DNA of 64,000 nucleotides from Gemmatimonadota bacterium (GCA_016713785.1 JADJOM010000002.1:132404-196403), one strand, 5' to 3'; shown: positions 36,901 to 47,121, numbered from the stretch's first letter. Notes: generated by a model from the letters alone, not told the origin. Made by a program: numbers and translations.

Positions 36901-38469
36901 GGGCTGAAAGGTCACCCGGGGCCGGCCGGTCGAGCCATCGAACAGGGTGACGCTCGGCGCTCGAAGGCTGTCCAGGCGATTGAGGCCGTCGTAGTACAAC
37001 TCACTCACGTTGCCCCCGCGATCGGTCACGCTTGCGAGCAGGCTATTGGCCCCGTACGCCAGGCTTTCCCCGTAACCATCCGGATCCTGGATCTGGGTGA
37101 TCTTGCCGCCGACGGTGGTGTACGTCACGGTCCGGAGGGCACTCGAGCCGTACTGGACTTCCACGTGATGGAGTTTGCCTGCCGTGGCGGAGCAACTCGC
37201 ATTGTAGCACAGCCGCAGCACGCGGCTGGTGGGGTCGGTGATGGTGCTCAGCAGCGAGTCGTAGGGCGCCGCCAGGTAGGCGAAGAGCGTCGCGTTGCCG
37301 AAGCGATCCGACGCCCTGGTCATGAATCCGTTGGCGTTGAACTCCACCGACGATCCGTCGAGGTAGGTGCGGGTGTACTTGCCCGACTGGTACGCCAGCC
37401 GCACGCCCGGCGCACCGGCGGGCCGGGCGTAACCCGCGGCCACGCTGTCGTAGAACGCGATCGAGCCGTCACCCTCGGTGATCACGACGTCACCCGTGGC
37501 ACTCCCCCGCTTGTAGAGCCGTTGATACCCCGCCAGGTCGAAGCCGGCCCCGAACGCGCTTCGGCTCTGGGCAGCGATGAGCACCTGGGTAGATACCGTA
37601 TCTCCCAGGGTCACATTGCCGGGATAGTACGCCATGATCGACAGTTCCAGGGGGAAAGCCCCGGTCGAGTCGAGACTGTTCGTCGCGGCGTCGAATGCAG
37701 CGGCGATGCGGGTCTGGCCCGAGGCATGGGCCGCGAAGTACGCGATGGTGGCGCCGTTGAGCAGCGTGAACCAGCTTCCCACCCCGCTGCGCCGGACCTG
37801 GATCGAATAGGCGGTGGGAAGGGTGGCGCCAGCGGACAGGGTCAGGTCAATCGGAATGACGGGCGTGGGCTTGTGCGTCTGGCTGTTGTAGGCCAGGGTC
37901 AGCGCCCGCGGGGCACCGAGGGAGAAGTACGCGGGGGTGGCGTGCGCGTACACGGCATCGAAGCAGCTCGCCACGCACTTCGCCACATCGCGGTAAGTCG
38001 CGTTGTGCGGCGTCAGCGCGATGACCGGAGGCGCCGGGCCCGTCGAGAGCACCGTGTACCATCCGTCGTCGCTGGCCGTCCCGGTGGCGCTCAGGGTCAG
38101 GGTGCCGCTGCCCACCGCGCCGGTGCTGTAGGTGGCCGTGACGGTGATCTCCTCGAGATCATCGAAGGAGTAGGAGGGAATGCTCAGGCCGGTGCAGGTC
38201 AAGGGCCCGGTCGTTGCGCAGGAAAAGGTGACTGCCCTGGAGCCCGGAGCGGTGTTGGCCACGGTAAAGGCAAGCGTCTGGCCGCTGCTCCCCGAGGGGG
38301 CAGAGGCGCTGCCGTTGTCCGGCGTCACCACGATGGCTCCGCCACCACCGCCCCCGCCCGCGAGCGGCGCCTCGATCTGGGCGCGGAGTGGGGCGGCGCT
38401 GGCGCCGACGAGGACCAGGGCGGCCGCGAGGGTCCAACAGGAGAACGCGACGTTCGCGGGACGATGCAC
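33889..38469 (-). CDS. RHS/YD-repeat polymorphic toxin with Sec signal peptide
   Basis: Many YD repeats. RHS core end is ...YAYAGNDPVNGRDPSGLDP, followed by a ~200-aa unique tail. Preferred start GTG 38469 has GGAG 8 nt upstream and gives MHRPANVAFSCWTLAAALVLVGASAAPLRAQ. The longest ORF starts at GTG 38556. Confidence 0.9.
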   Translation of the reverse strand: MHRPANVAFSCWTLAAALVLVGASAAPLRAQIEAPLAGGGGGGGAIVVTPDNGSASAPSGSSGQTLAFTVANTAPGSRAVTFSCATTGPLTCTGLSIPSYSFDDLEEITVTATYSTGAVGSGTLTLSATGTASDDGWYTVLSTGPAPPVIALTPHNATYRDVAKCVASCFDAVYAHATPAYFSLGAPRALTLAYNSQTHKPTPVIPIDLTLSAGATLPTAYSIQVRRSGVGSWFTLLNGATIAYFAAHASGQTRIAAAFDAATNSLDSTGAFPLELSIMAYYPGNVTLGDTVSTQVLIAAQSRSAFGAGFDLAGYQRLYKRGSATGDVVITEGDGSIAFYDSVAAGYARPAGAPGVRLAYQSGKYTRTYLDGSSVEFNANGFMTRASDRFGNATLFAYLAAPYDSLLSTITDPTSRVLRLCYNASCSATAGKLHHVEVQYGSSALRTVTYTTVGGKITQIQDPDGYGESLAYGANSLLASVTDRGGNVSELYYDGLNRLDSLRAPSVTLFDGSTGRPRVTFQPAERTVWQPTTPGNALNAPKAGVKADTSLKSSVTDPLGAIVRYSQDAYGTPTVVVDPFGVRSLITRDGDGRVTRVDEANGAYAVFTYNGHGQLTYAGDGPGGRNTYYHYLDTLTSDLTWIEGDRVRTDFHYYGTGQAGGPKGALKDIYVGVTGAWPDTTTGQLVERHIADPLGRDTAVVDPLNHKTRYTYHASWGNLVKVRDPSGIETRVTLDSVGRPDSSITPLAATSRTAYGVMNQVLTTTWAAPGYRVTNTYDPATLALIRVETPRPGGAAAPVVYKFGYNALGALVARYDATDTTKADTLKYDLGGNLRKFRTRRGDVIDLSYDKVGRLLSRAGPGFPTDYFLYDTLAGRWNVAYNSVARDSFHLDTRGRLDAWRQTMNGRTYSGSLSYDTYDRVTRRVLRPSTPAADSSLLQFAYTTGNGLRDSLCVFANPKRCLTFKTTADWVADTLVFNRGTANAWRLLQGFDANHRITSQTFTGGTNLAALELPIMTYDSVGRNKTRTSPKGGAFTRRLFRYDRLGRLTNACDSTGSQCQNVINGTTDSAWTYDSTGNRGQLGTTTTYGAGNRLAAFGTTNLSYDAIGSIVCRLVGACPGGTGSGYKYSWDALGRLRGIRNGSTGALVDSMFYDALGRRVRKQMAAADEYYVYEGDQVIFDLNAAGTVLREYAWYPGGVDRLLALRATTPVVDTLAAILDPINGTVRGLARFRTGAKVKEFTEAPWGDAVADTGIVVRYRFAGREYDSETGLYYMRARYYDPALGRWISEDPIGIAGGLNVYAYAGNDPVNGRDPSGLDPDCDPGVVCLPPLERHDEPEWIPTWYGTNGEPCNSGWTSSTDEWVRLRSGGQIPDRWRNLPGGGEESEGPGEPTQGQRCAAAFSNLVINGTLDFTQARWLERAKVLGSWARSQTEFAGAMAHADWRLFGKSTFAGARAGRAAAAERALRAGIWRARGAATAALSADQSTSDFLWAVGGAAASWVPWGGTAVSSLQTGMECIIKPLLN
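34542..34888 (-). repeat. ~350-bp direct repeat, copy 1 (inside the main RHS gene)
   Basis: See copies at 31010 and 32978. Confidence 0.9.
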
Positions 38470-38505
38470 CGGGAAGCTCCGGAGTGGGGATGCCTCCCTG
38501 ACAAG

Positions 38506-38520
38506 ACAAGCAACGTGCCA
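38506..38520 (-). promoter_or_regulatory. sigma-54 -24/-12-like element upstream of the RHS gene
   Basis: Minus strand reads TGGCACgttgcTTGTc, with GG-N10-GT (consensus TGGCAC-N5-TTGC). A second candidate cGGCGGcgcgaTTGCc lies at 38574-38559. Confidence 0.4.
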
Positions 38521-38575
38521 CCGTCGTGCGGCCCCAAGTCGTTTCCGTGGCGGCACTTGGCAATCGCGCCGCCGG

Positions 38576-38630
38576 TTTGTCGCAGCGACAGCGGCCCGCC
38601 GTGCGACAAACGGTGCGACACCGTGCGACT
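38576..38630. promoter_or_regulatory. cluster of TGTCGCA/TGCGACA heptamers (enhancer-like sites)
   Basis: TTTGTCGCA-N17-TGCGACAAA inverted pair. Palindrome TGTCGC-A-GCGACA. Three direct GTGCGAC(A/T) copies at 38601, 38613 and 38623. Confidence 0.35.
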
Positions 38631-39645
38631 AGTTCAGTCCTGTACCACCCGCGGGGCTCACCGGCGGCTGGATGCCCAGGCGCTTGAGGCGGCGGTACAA
38701 TGTGGCCCGGTGCACCCCGAGCAGCACCGCGACCCGGTCCACGTTCCAATCCTGCTCCTCGCAACAGGCCACCAGTTCCGCCCGCTGGTACTGCAGCCCG
38801 GGATCCTCGGGGCAACGCATGCGGTCCTGGCGGGCCCCCTCATCCGCCATATCGAGCGCTTCGCACAACGTGGCCGGCGTGAGGGGGCCCACCGGCTGCA
38901 GGGTGGCGGCCCGGGCCACCACATGGCGAAGCTCCCGGACATTCCCGGGCCAGGGGTAGCGCTCGAGCACGGTCCGGGTGCCAGGCTCCAGCACGGCGCC
39001 AAGCCGGCGCGCAAAGTGCTCGGCCAGCGGCCACACATCCTCGGGCCGCTCCCGTAGCGCCTGCAGCCGGATCACCACCCCGCCCAGCCGGTGCACGAGG
39101 TCAGCCCGGATGGGCAGGCCACCGGAGGCGCCCTCCAGGTCCTGGACCGCGGCGAGCAGCCGCACCGACACCCGGTGCACGGCGGTCTCCCCGACGCGCG
39201 AGAACTGGCCGGTCTCCGCCACGCGCAGCAGGGCCCGCTGGCCGGCGATCGGCAGGCTGGCGAGTTCGTCGAGAAACAGGGTCCCGCGATCGGCGGCCTC
39301 GAAGTACCCAGGGACGGTGTCGACCGCGCTCGTGAAGGCGCCGCGCCGATGGCCGAACAGCTCGCGGATCACCATGTCGGCCGGCAGCGCCCCACAATTG
39401 ACCTCGACCATCCGCCCGTCCCGGGCACTCCAGGCGTGAATCGCCTGCGCCAGCACCTCCTTGCCGGTGCCGGTGGGACCGACGAGCAGAATCGGGAGGC
39501 TGGTGCCCGCGAAGGCCCGTGCCCGCTCCACCGCCCGGCGCATGGAGGGCGACACGGCGATGATAGGTGAGTCCTCGGGAACGGAAGGGCGGAGGGCCGG
39601 CGCCCTGCCTTCCGTCGGTCCCCCGGGCTTTCCGACGACGGTCAT
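38629..39645 (-). CDS. sigma-54-dependent transcriptional activator (AAA+ plus Fis-type HTH) without a sensory domain
   Basis: Walker A GPTGTGKE, GAFTSA loop, Walker [17 protein letters not shown] and a C-terminal HTH. Only about 35 aa precede the AAA+ core. ATG 39645. Confidence 0.85.
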   Translation of the reverse strand: MTVVGKPGGPTEGRAPALRPSVPEDSPIIAVSPSMRRAVERARAFAGTSLPILLVGPTGTGKEVLAQAIHAWSARDGRMVEVNCGALPADMVIRELFGHRRGAFTSAVDTVPGYFEAADRGTLFLDELASLPIAGQRALLRVAETGQFSRVGETAVHRVSVRLLAAVQDLEGASGGLPIRADLVHRLGGVVIRLQALRERPEDVWPLAEHFARRLGAVLEPGTRTVLERYPWPGNVRELRHVVARAATLQPVGPLTPATLCEALDMADEGARQDRMRCPEDPGLQYQRAELVACCEEQDWNVDRVAVLLGVHRATLYRRLKRLGIQPPVSPAGGTGLN

Positions 39646-39931
39646 GGCGCGCCTACCGCCGGCAGAGTGAGCGCCATCAGGCGGCTTGCTCCTGCGTTCC
39701 CGGAGTCGAGGAGGGATGGACGGGGGCGTGCGGCGGGGCGGAACGACGGATGGGCGGACGGCGGGAGGGGCGGGCAAAGAGACATCAGGAGGACGGACCA
39801 CCAACGCAGGCAGAGGCGCACCGGGGCTCCGGATTCGGGATGCCCATTCCTTATGTCAGGAGATGTGCCGCGCGCGTCAAACCACGGAGTTGTTGTGGCG
39901 GAATGACTTGGGCGCCGACCCGGGCCGGGGC

Positions 39932-39974
39932 AACTGTCTCAGTGAGACAGTTCACCGCCCAGATGAGACAGTTC
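39932..39974. promoter_or_regulatory. operator-like palindrome plus a phased third half-site
   Basis: AACTGTCTCA-G-TGAGACAGTT (39932-39952). TGAGACAGTTC is repeated exactly 21 bp later (39964-39974). Confidence 0.35.
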
Positions 39975-40001
39975 GGGCGTCCGGCCGCCGAGCCGCCTAT
40001 C

Positions 40002-41195
40002 CTACGCCGTCTTTCCCTCACCCTCCCCGCGGAACACCAGTGCAAAGATGATGAGGATCACGGCCGCGCCCACGGCGGGCCGGAGCCAGATGGCGTGCCA
40101 GTCGTGGCCCGTTCCCGCCGAGTTGACGAACTGCTGCACCACCAGCCCCGAGGCGAAGCTGCCGATCAGGTAGCCCACGCCCTGGGTAATGAAGGTGAGG
40201 AACCCCTGCGCCGCGGCCCGGACCTTGAGCCCCGCCTGCTGGTCCACGTAGATCTGCCCGGTGACGAAGAAGAAGTCGTAGCAGACCCCGTGCAGCAGGA
40301 TGCCGAGGTACAGCATCCACGCCCCGCCGCCGGTGTCGCCGTTGGCGAACAGCAGGTAGCGCGCGCCCCACGCCGCCATGCCCACCAGCAGGATGACCTT
40401 GGTGCCGAACCGCGCCAGCACCACCGGCAGCAGCACCATGAACAGGATCTCCGACACCTGGCCCAGCGTCATCTTGCTGGCCGGCGCCACCATGCCGATC
40501 TCGTTCAGGAAGAGGTTGGTGAAGGCGTAGTAGAACTGCAGCGGGATGCACAGCAGGAAGCTCCCCAGCACGAACGCCGCGAACGACCGGTTCTTCATGA
40601 GCGCCAGGGCGTCGAGCCCGAGCACGTCGCGCACGCCGAGGGGCTTGCCGGCGGCGTGCGGCGGGGTGTCCGGCAGCGCCAGCGAGAACAGCCCCAGCAA
40701 CACCGACGCGCCGGCCGCCAGCTGCATGGGCACCGCGCTGGCCTCGAGCCCCAGCTGCCCCACCACCTGCCCCGCCACGATCCACCCGATGGTGCCGAGC
40801 ACCCGCACCAGGGGGAACTCCTTGGCCGGGTCCTGCATGTTGTCGAAGGCGAGGCTGTTGGTGAGCGCCAGCGTCGGCGCGTAGCACAGCGCGTAGCCGA
40901 TCAAGAGCGGGTAGAACCGCCCGAAGCTCGGCTCCTGCGAGGCCCAGAAGATGATCCCCGCGCCCGCCAGGTGCAGGATGGCCAGGATCTTCTGGGTGGC
41001 GAAGAAGCGGTCGGCGATCATCCCCACGAAGAACGGGGCGATGATCGCCCCGATGGCCATGGTGCCGTACGCCGCGCCGATCTGCGGCCCGTCGAAGTTG
41101 AGGGTCTGGCCCAGGTAGGTGCCCAGCGTGACGAACCACGCCCCCCAGATGAAGTACTGGAGGAACATCATGAGGGAAAGCTTGGCTCGGATCAT
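40002..41195 (-). CDS. MFS transporter, NupG/XapB nucleoside-permease-like family
   Basis: [36 protein letters not shown] closely parallels the E. coli NupG N-terminus. 12 helices. ATGA overlap with the upstream gene. Confidence 0.85.
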   Translation of the reverse strand: MIRAKLSLMMFLQYFIWGAWFVTLGTYLGQTLNFDGPQIGAAYGTMAIGAIIAPFFVGMIADRFFATQKILAILHLAGAGIIFWASQEPSFGRFYPLLIGYALCYAPTLALTNSLAFDNMQDPAKEFPLVRVLGTIGWIVAGQVVGQLGLEASAVPMQLAAGASVLLGLFSLALPDTPPHAAGKPLGVRDVLGLDALALMKNRSFAAFVLGSFLLCIPLQFYYAFTNLFLNEIGMVAPASKMTLGQVSEILFMVLLPVVLARFGTKVILLVGMAAWGARYLLFANGDTGGGAWMLYLGILLHGVCYDFFFVTGQIYVDQQAGLKVRAAAQGFLTFITQGVGYLIGSFASGLVVQQFVNSAGTGHDWHAIWLRPAVGAAVILIIFALVFRGEGEGKTA

Positions 41196-41902
41196 GGGAG
41201 CTCGCGGAGGCGGATGTGCCGGAACGCCACGCGGTCGCCGTGGTCCTGCAGCGCGATGTGGCCCCGCGCCGCCCGGCCGTAGCCGGGCCACTGGGCGAAC
41301 TTGCTCGCCGCCACCTTGGCGGTCCAGTCGGCGCTGCCCAGCTCGTAGCTCACCACCCGCTGGCCGTTCAACCAGTGCTCCACCTGGCTGCCGCGCACCA
41401 CGATCCGCGCGGTGTTCCACTCGCCCGCCGGCTTCACCACCCCCGCCGGCCCGGCGTAGAGGCCGTAGCAGGCGCCGGCGGCGGTGAGGCGGTTGAGGCC
41501 ATCGGCGTGGGCCGCGTCGTCGAGGATCTGCATCTCGGGCCCGGTGTGGTAGCTGTACTCCCCCTCCTCGGTGACCCGGTACATCACGCCGCTGTTGCCC
41601 CCGGGCGCCACCTGCCACTCGAGCTCCAGCTCGAAGCTGCCGTACTCCCCGACCGTGATGATGTCCCCGCCCTCGCCGGTGCGGGTGAGCGCGCCGTCGA
41701 CGACGGTCCACCCCGCGGGCACGGTGGCCTGGTGATAGCCGCGCCAGCCGGCGGTGCTCCGGCCATCGAACAGGCTGGTCCAGCCCCCGGCGCGCAGGGC
41801 AATGGAGGCCTCGCCACCCATGGCGGGGGTGCCGGCGCCGGCACAGGAGCAGAGGAGGAACAGCGGGACGACACACAACCAGGGTGCGCGCGGAAGGCGC
41901 AT
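41192..41902 (-). CDS. DUF1080 (3-keto-disaccharide hydrolase family) secreted protein
   Basis: Signal/lipobox LFLLCSC. Motifs [46 protein letters not shown]. Confidence 0.85.
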   Translation of the reverse strand: MRLPRAPWLCVVPLFLLCSCAGAGTPAMGGEASIALRAGGWTSLFDGRSTAGWRGYHQATVPAGWTVVDGALTRTGEGGDIITVGEYGSFELELEWQVAPGGNSGVMYRVTEEGEYSYHTGPEMQILDDAAHADGLNRLTAAGACYGLYAGPAGVVKPAGEWNTARIVVRGSQVEHWLNGQRVVSYELGSADWTAKVAASKFAQWPGYGRAARGHIALQDHGDRVAFRHIRLRELP

Positions 41903-41930
41903 GCAGGGCTCGGCGGGGTGGAGACGGTCG

Positions 41931-43832
<1,902 letters not shown>

Positions 43833-43922
43833 CCAGCCCAGTATCGGCGGCGGGCCCCGCCCGGCTGAGGCGCCGGCGCCATCCTACTGGCGCTGCCCCC
43901 GCGCGGGGGGTAACCTCCGCCC

Positions 43923-44456
43923 ATGGACCGGCGCGAACTCCTCCAGCTCCTTTCCGCGACCAGCGCGCTCGCCTTTCTCCCGCCGGACCTCCTCCCGGCG
44001 GCCCGGAGGCTCCACGCCGCCGCGGGCCCGCGGCGGGCGCTCGACGCCGAGCAGGCCGCCCTGGTGACCCTGATCGGCGACATGATCCTCCCCCGCACCG
44101 ACACCCCGTCGGCCTCCGACGTGGACTGCACCGGCTTCGTGGACCGGCTGCTCGACGCCTGGTACCCGGATGACGAGCGGGCCCGCTTCCTGGCGGGCCT
44201 GGCCCACCTCGAGGCGCGGGCGACGGACCTGCACGGCGGCCGCTTCGTGACCCTGCCGGAGCCGGCGCGGGTGGAGCTGCTCACCGCCCTCGACACCGGC
44301 GGCGGCGAGCTCGACACCGCGCCCGGGGCCTTCCGCCGGCTCAAGGGGCTGGTGATCTACGGCTGGTTCACCTCCGAGGCGGTGATGACCGCCGACATGG
44401 CGCACCCGATGATCCCCGGCCGCTTCGACGGCTGCATCCCCCTCCGGCCGCACTGA
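43923..44456 (+). CDS. gluconate 2-dehydrogenase subunit 3-like small subunit (TAT signal)
   Basis: MDRRELLQLLSATSALAFL twin-arginine signal. The gene lies immediately upstream of the GMC flavoprotein. Confidence 0.75.
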   Translation: MDRRELLQLLSATSALAFLPPDLLPAARRLHAAAGPRRALDAEQAALVTLIGDMILPRTDTPSASDVDCTGFVDRLLDAWYPDDERARFLAGLAHLEARATDLHGGRFVTLPEPARVELLTALDTGGGELDTAPGAFRRLKGLVIYGWFTSEAVMTADMAHPMIPGRFDGCIPLRPH

Positions 44457-44466
44457 GCCGCCCCGC

Positions 44467-46179
44467 ATGACGTCCACTCCCCGCCAGTACGACGCGATCG
44501 TGGTCGGCTCCGGCATCACCGGGGGCTGGGCCGCCAAGGAGCTGTGCGAGCGTGGCCTCCGGGTGCTGGTGCTGGAGGCGGGCCGCGAGATCGTGCCGGA
44601 GCGGGACTACGCCGAGCACATCCAGGCGTGGGAGCTGCCGTTCCGCGGCTGGGGCGACCGCCGCACCCTGGAGCGCGAACAGCCGATCCAGAAGAACTGC
44701 TACGCCTGCGACGAGTGGGGCGCGAAGTTCTTCGTGAACGACCTCGAGAATCCCTACACCTTCGACCCCGCGCAGCCCTTCCACTGGATCCGCGGCCGCC
44801 ACCTCGGCGGGCGCTCGATCATGTGGGGCCGCCAGGTGTACCGCTGGAGCGACCTCGACTTCGAGGCCAACGCCCGCGAGGGCATCGGCGCCGACTGGCC
44901 CATCCGCTACCGCGACATCGCGCCCTGGTACAGCCACGTGGAGCGGTTCATCGGCGTCTCGGGGATGGCGGAGGGGCTGGACCAGCTCCCCGACGGCGAG
45001 TTCCTCCCGCCGATGGCGTTCCGCTGCGCCGAGACGGCACTGCGCGAGGCCACCGAGCGCACCTGGGGCCGCGACCGGGTGGTGACCATGGGCCGCTGCG
45101 CCATCCTCACGGTGCCGCACCAGGGGCGGAAGGCCTGCCACTACTGCGGCCCCTGTGAACGTGGCTGCATCACCCACTCCTACTTCAGCAGCCTCGGCTC
45201 CACGCTGCCGGCGGCGCGGCAGACCGGCCGGCTCACCATCCGCCCCGACAGCGTGGTGGAGCGGGTGCTGTACGAGCCGTCGCAGCGCCGCACCGCGACC
45301 ACCGGCGCCATGCGCGCGACGGGGGTGCGGGTGATCGACGGCAACACCTTCGAGGTGCTCGAGTTCCGCGCCCGGCTGGTGTTCGTCTGCGCCGGCGCGC
45401 TCGAGTCCACCCGGCTGCTGCTCAACTCCACCAGCCGGGATTATCCCGGCGGCCTGGGCAGCAGCAGCGGCGAGCTGGGCCACAACCTGATGGACCATCC
45501 CTTCGGCGCGGGCGCCGGCGGGGTGCTGCCGGGGTTCGAGGACCGGACCTCCTTCGGCAACCGGCCCAATGGGATCTACGTGCCGCGCTTCCGCAACGTG
45601 AAGGACCGGCAGCCGGACTTCGTGCGGGGCTACGGCTTCCAGGGGGGCGGGTGGCGAGGCGGGTTCGACCGCTCGAGCCCCGGCTTCGGCGCCGAGTTCA
45701 AGCACAAGCTGGTCGCGGCGAAGGGGCCGTGGCGGCTGGGCCTCGGCGGCTGGGGCGAGTGCCTGCCGCGGCACGACAACCTCGTGGCGATCGATCCCGA
45801 GGTGAAGGACAAGTGGGGCATCCCCGCGCTGCGGGTGCAGTGCACCTGGGGCCCCAACGAGCTGGCCATCCTCAAGGACATCCAGGTCACCGCGGCCGAG
45901 ATGCTCGAGGCCGCCGGCGCCACCGACATCACCACCCACGACGACAAGCTCCCCCCAGGCCTCTGCATCCACGAGATGGGCACCGCCCGCATGGGCCGCG
46001 ACCCGAAGACCTCGGTGCTCAACGGCTGGAACCAGGTCTGGGACGCGCCCAACGTCTTCGTGACCGATGGCGCCTGCATGGCCAGCTCGGCCAACCAGAA
46101 TCCGTCGATCACCTACATGGCCCTGACGGCCCGTGCCGCGCATCACGCGGTGGAGCTGATGAAGAGGAATGAACTATGA
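44467..46179 (+). CDS. GMC family FAD-dependent oxidoreductase
   Basis: YDAIVVGSGITGGWAAKEL FAD fold. GMC-typical C-terminus. No signal peptide of its own. Confidence 0.9.
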   Translation: MTSTPRQYDAIVVGSGITGGWAAKELCERGLRVLVLEAGREIVPERDYAEHIQAWELPFRGWGDRRTLEREQPIQKNCYACDEWGAKFFVNDLENPYTFDPAQPFHWIRGRHLGGRSIMWGRQVYRWSDLDFEANAREGIGADWPIRYRDIAPWYSHVERFIGVSGMAEGLDQLPDGEFLPPMAFRCAETALREATERTWGRDRVVTMGRCAILTVPHQGRKACHYCGPCERGCITHSYFSSLGSTLPAARQTGRLTIRPDSVVERVLYEPSQRRTATTGAMRATGVRVIDGNTFEVLEFRARLVFVCAGALESTRLLLNSTSRDYPGGLGSSSGELGHNLMDHPFGAGAGGVLPGFEDRTSFGNRPNGIYVPRFRNVKDRQPDFVRGYGFQGGGWRGGFDRSSPGFGAEFKHKLVAAKGPWRLGLGGWGECLPRHDNLVAIDPEVKDKWGIPALRVQCTWGPNELAILKDIQVTAAEMLEAAGATDITTHDDKLPPGLCIHEMGTARMGRDPKTSVLNGWNQVWDAPNVFVTDGACMASSANQNPSITYMALTARAAHHAVELMKRNEL

Positions 46180-47072
46180 GCGACGGCTCGGCGGCTCGGC
46201 GGCTTGGCGGCGCGTGTGATCGTCGGGACTTCCTCGGCACCCTGGCCGCAGGCCTCCTGCTGCCCGGACTCACCCCCGCGGCCGAGCCGCCGAACCGCCG
46301 AGCCGCCGAACCGCCGAGCCGCCCCTTCGGCCTTCAGCTCTACGCCGTGCGCGACGCCGCCCAGCGGGACCTCGCCGGCACCCTGAAGGCACTGGCGGCG
46401 ATGGGCTACCACGAGGTGGAGCTGGCGGGGCTGTACGGGAAGACGGCGGCGGAGTTCCGCGCGGCGCTCGACACCGCCGGTCTCCAGGCCCCGGCGGGCC
46501 ACGTGGGCATCCCGGCGCTCACCGACCAGCTGGAGCAGACCATCGCCGACGCGAAGGTCCTGGGCCACCGCTACCTGATCCTGCCGTGGGTGGGGGAGGA
46601 GTACCGGACCGCCGACGGCTGGCAGCGCGCCGCCGACCTGCTCAATCATGCGGGTGAACGCTGCCGCCAGGCCGGGCTCACGGTGGGGTACCACAACCAC
46701 GGCTTCGAGTTTGCCCCCCTGCCGGAGGGCGCCGACGCACCGTTCACCTCCGGCTACACCGCGCTGCTCCGGCTCACCGACCCGGCGCTGGTGGTGTTCG
46801 AGCTGGACCTCTTCTGGGCCCGGCAGGGCGGCGCCGACGCGCTGGCCTTCTTCAGCGGCTTCCCCGGCCGCTTCCGCGCGGTGCACGTGAAGGACATGGC
46901 CGCCGACGGGACGATGGTGGACGTGGGTGCCGGGGTGATGGACTGGCCGGTGCTGCTGGGCGCGGCCCGGAGCGCCGGCGTCACCCACTTCTTCGCCGAG
47001 CACGACGAGGCGAAGGACCAGCTGGCCTTTGCCCGGGCGAGCGCGGCCTACATGCAGACGCTTCGGTACTGA
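46176..47072 (+). CDS. xylose-isomerase-like TIM-barrel protein (sugar phosphate isomerase/epimerase family), TAT signal
   Basis: ATGA overlap with the GMC gene. TAT signal DRRDFLGTLAAGLLLPG. LQLYAVRD...GYHNHGFEF is typical of the family. Confidence 0.85.
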   Translation: MSDGSAARRLGGACDRRDFLGTLAAGLLLPGLTPAAEPPNRRAAEPPSRPFGLQLYAVRDAAQRDLAGTLKALAAMGYHEVELAGLYGKTAAEFRAALDTAGLQAPAGHVGIPALTDQLEQTIADAKVLGHRYLILPWVGEEYRTADGWQRAADLLNHAGERCRQAGLTVGYHNHGFEFAPLPEGADAPFTSGYTALLRLTDPALVVFELDLFWARQGGADALAFFSGFPGRFRAVHVKDMAADGTMVDVGAGVMDWPVLLGAARSAGVTHFFAEHDEAKDQLAFARASAAYMQTLRY

Positions 47073-47076
47073 GGAT

Positions 47077-47108
47077 CGGTTCGGCGGTTCGTCCGAGCCG
47101 CCGAGCCG
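47077..47108 (+). terminator. hairpin built from inverted GGCGG-type 8-mers
   Basis: cggttcggcggttcg-tc-cgagccgccgagccg gives 13-15 pairs including two G-T wobbles. It starts 5 nt after the stop at 47072. Confidence 0.5.
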
Positions 47109-47121
47109 CCAAGCCACGACC

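Noticed and set aside
38469-38556. Longest-ORF start (GTG 38556) for the RHS gene.
   Set aside because: It has no ribosome-binding site and gives a highly basic, non-signal-like 29-aa extension. It also overlaps both -24/-12-like elements. GTG 38469 gives a canonical signal peptide. The longer start is kept only as an alternative.
33889-38556. Type VI secretion association of the RHS protein (PAAR or VgrG partner).
   Set aside because: There is no PAAR, VgrG, Hcp or other T6SS gene in the window, and the protein has an N-terminal Sec-type signal peptide instead.
38547-38565. Plus-strand tGGcggcacttgGCaatc as a sigma-54 promoter.
   Set aside because: The spacing is GG-N9-GC rather than N10, and it points away from any gene start.
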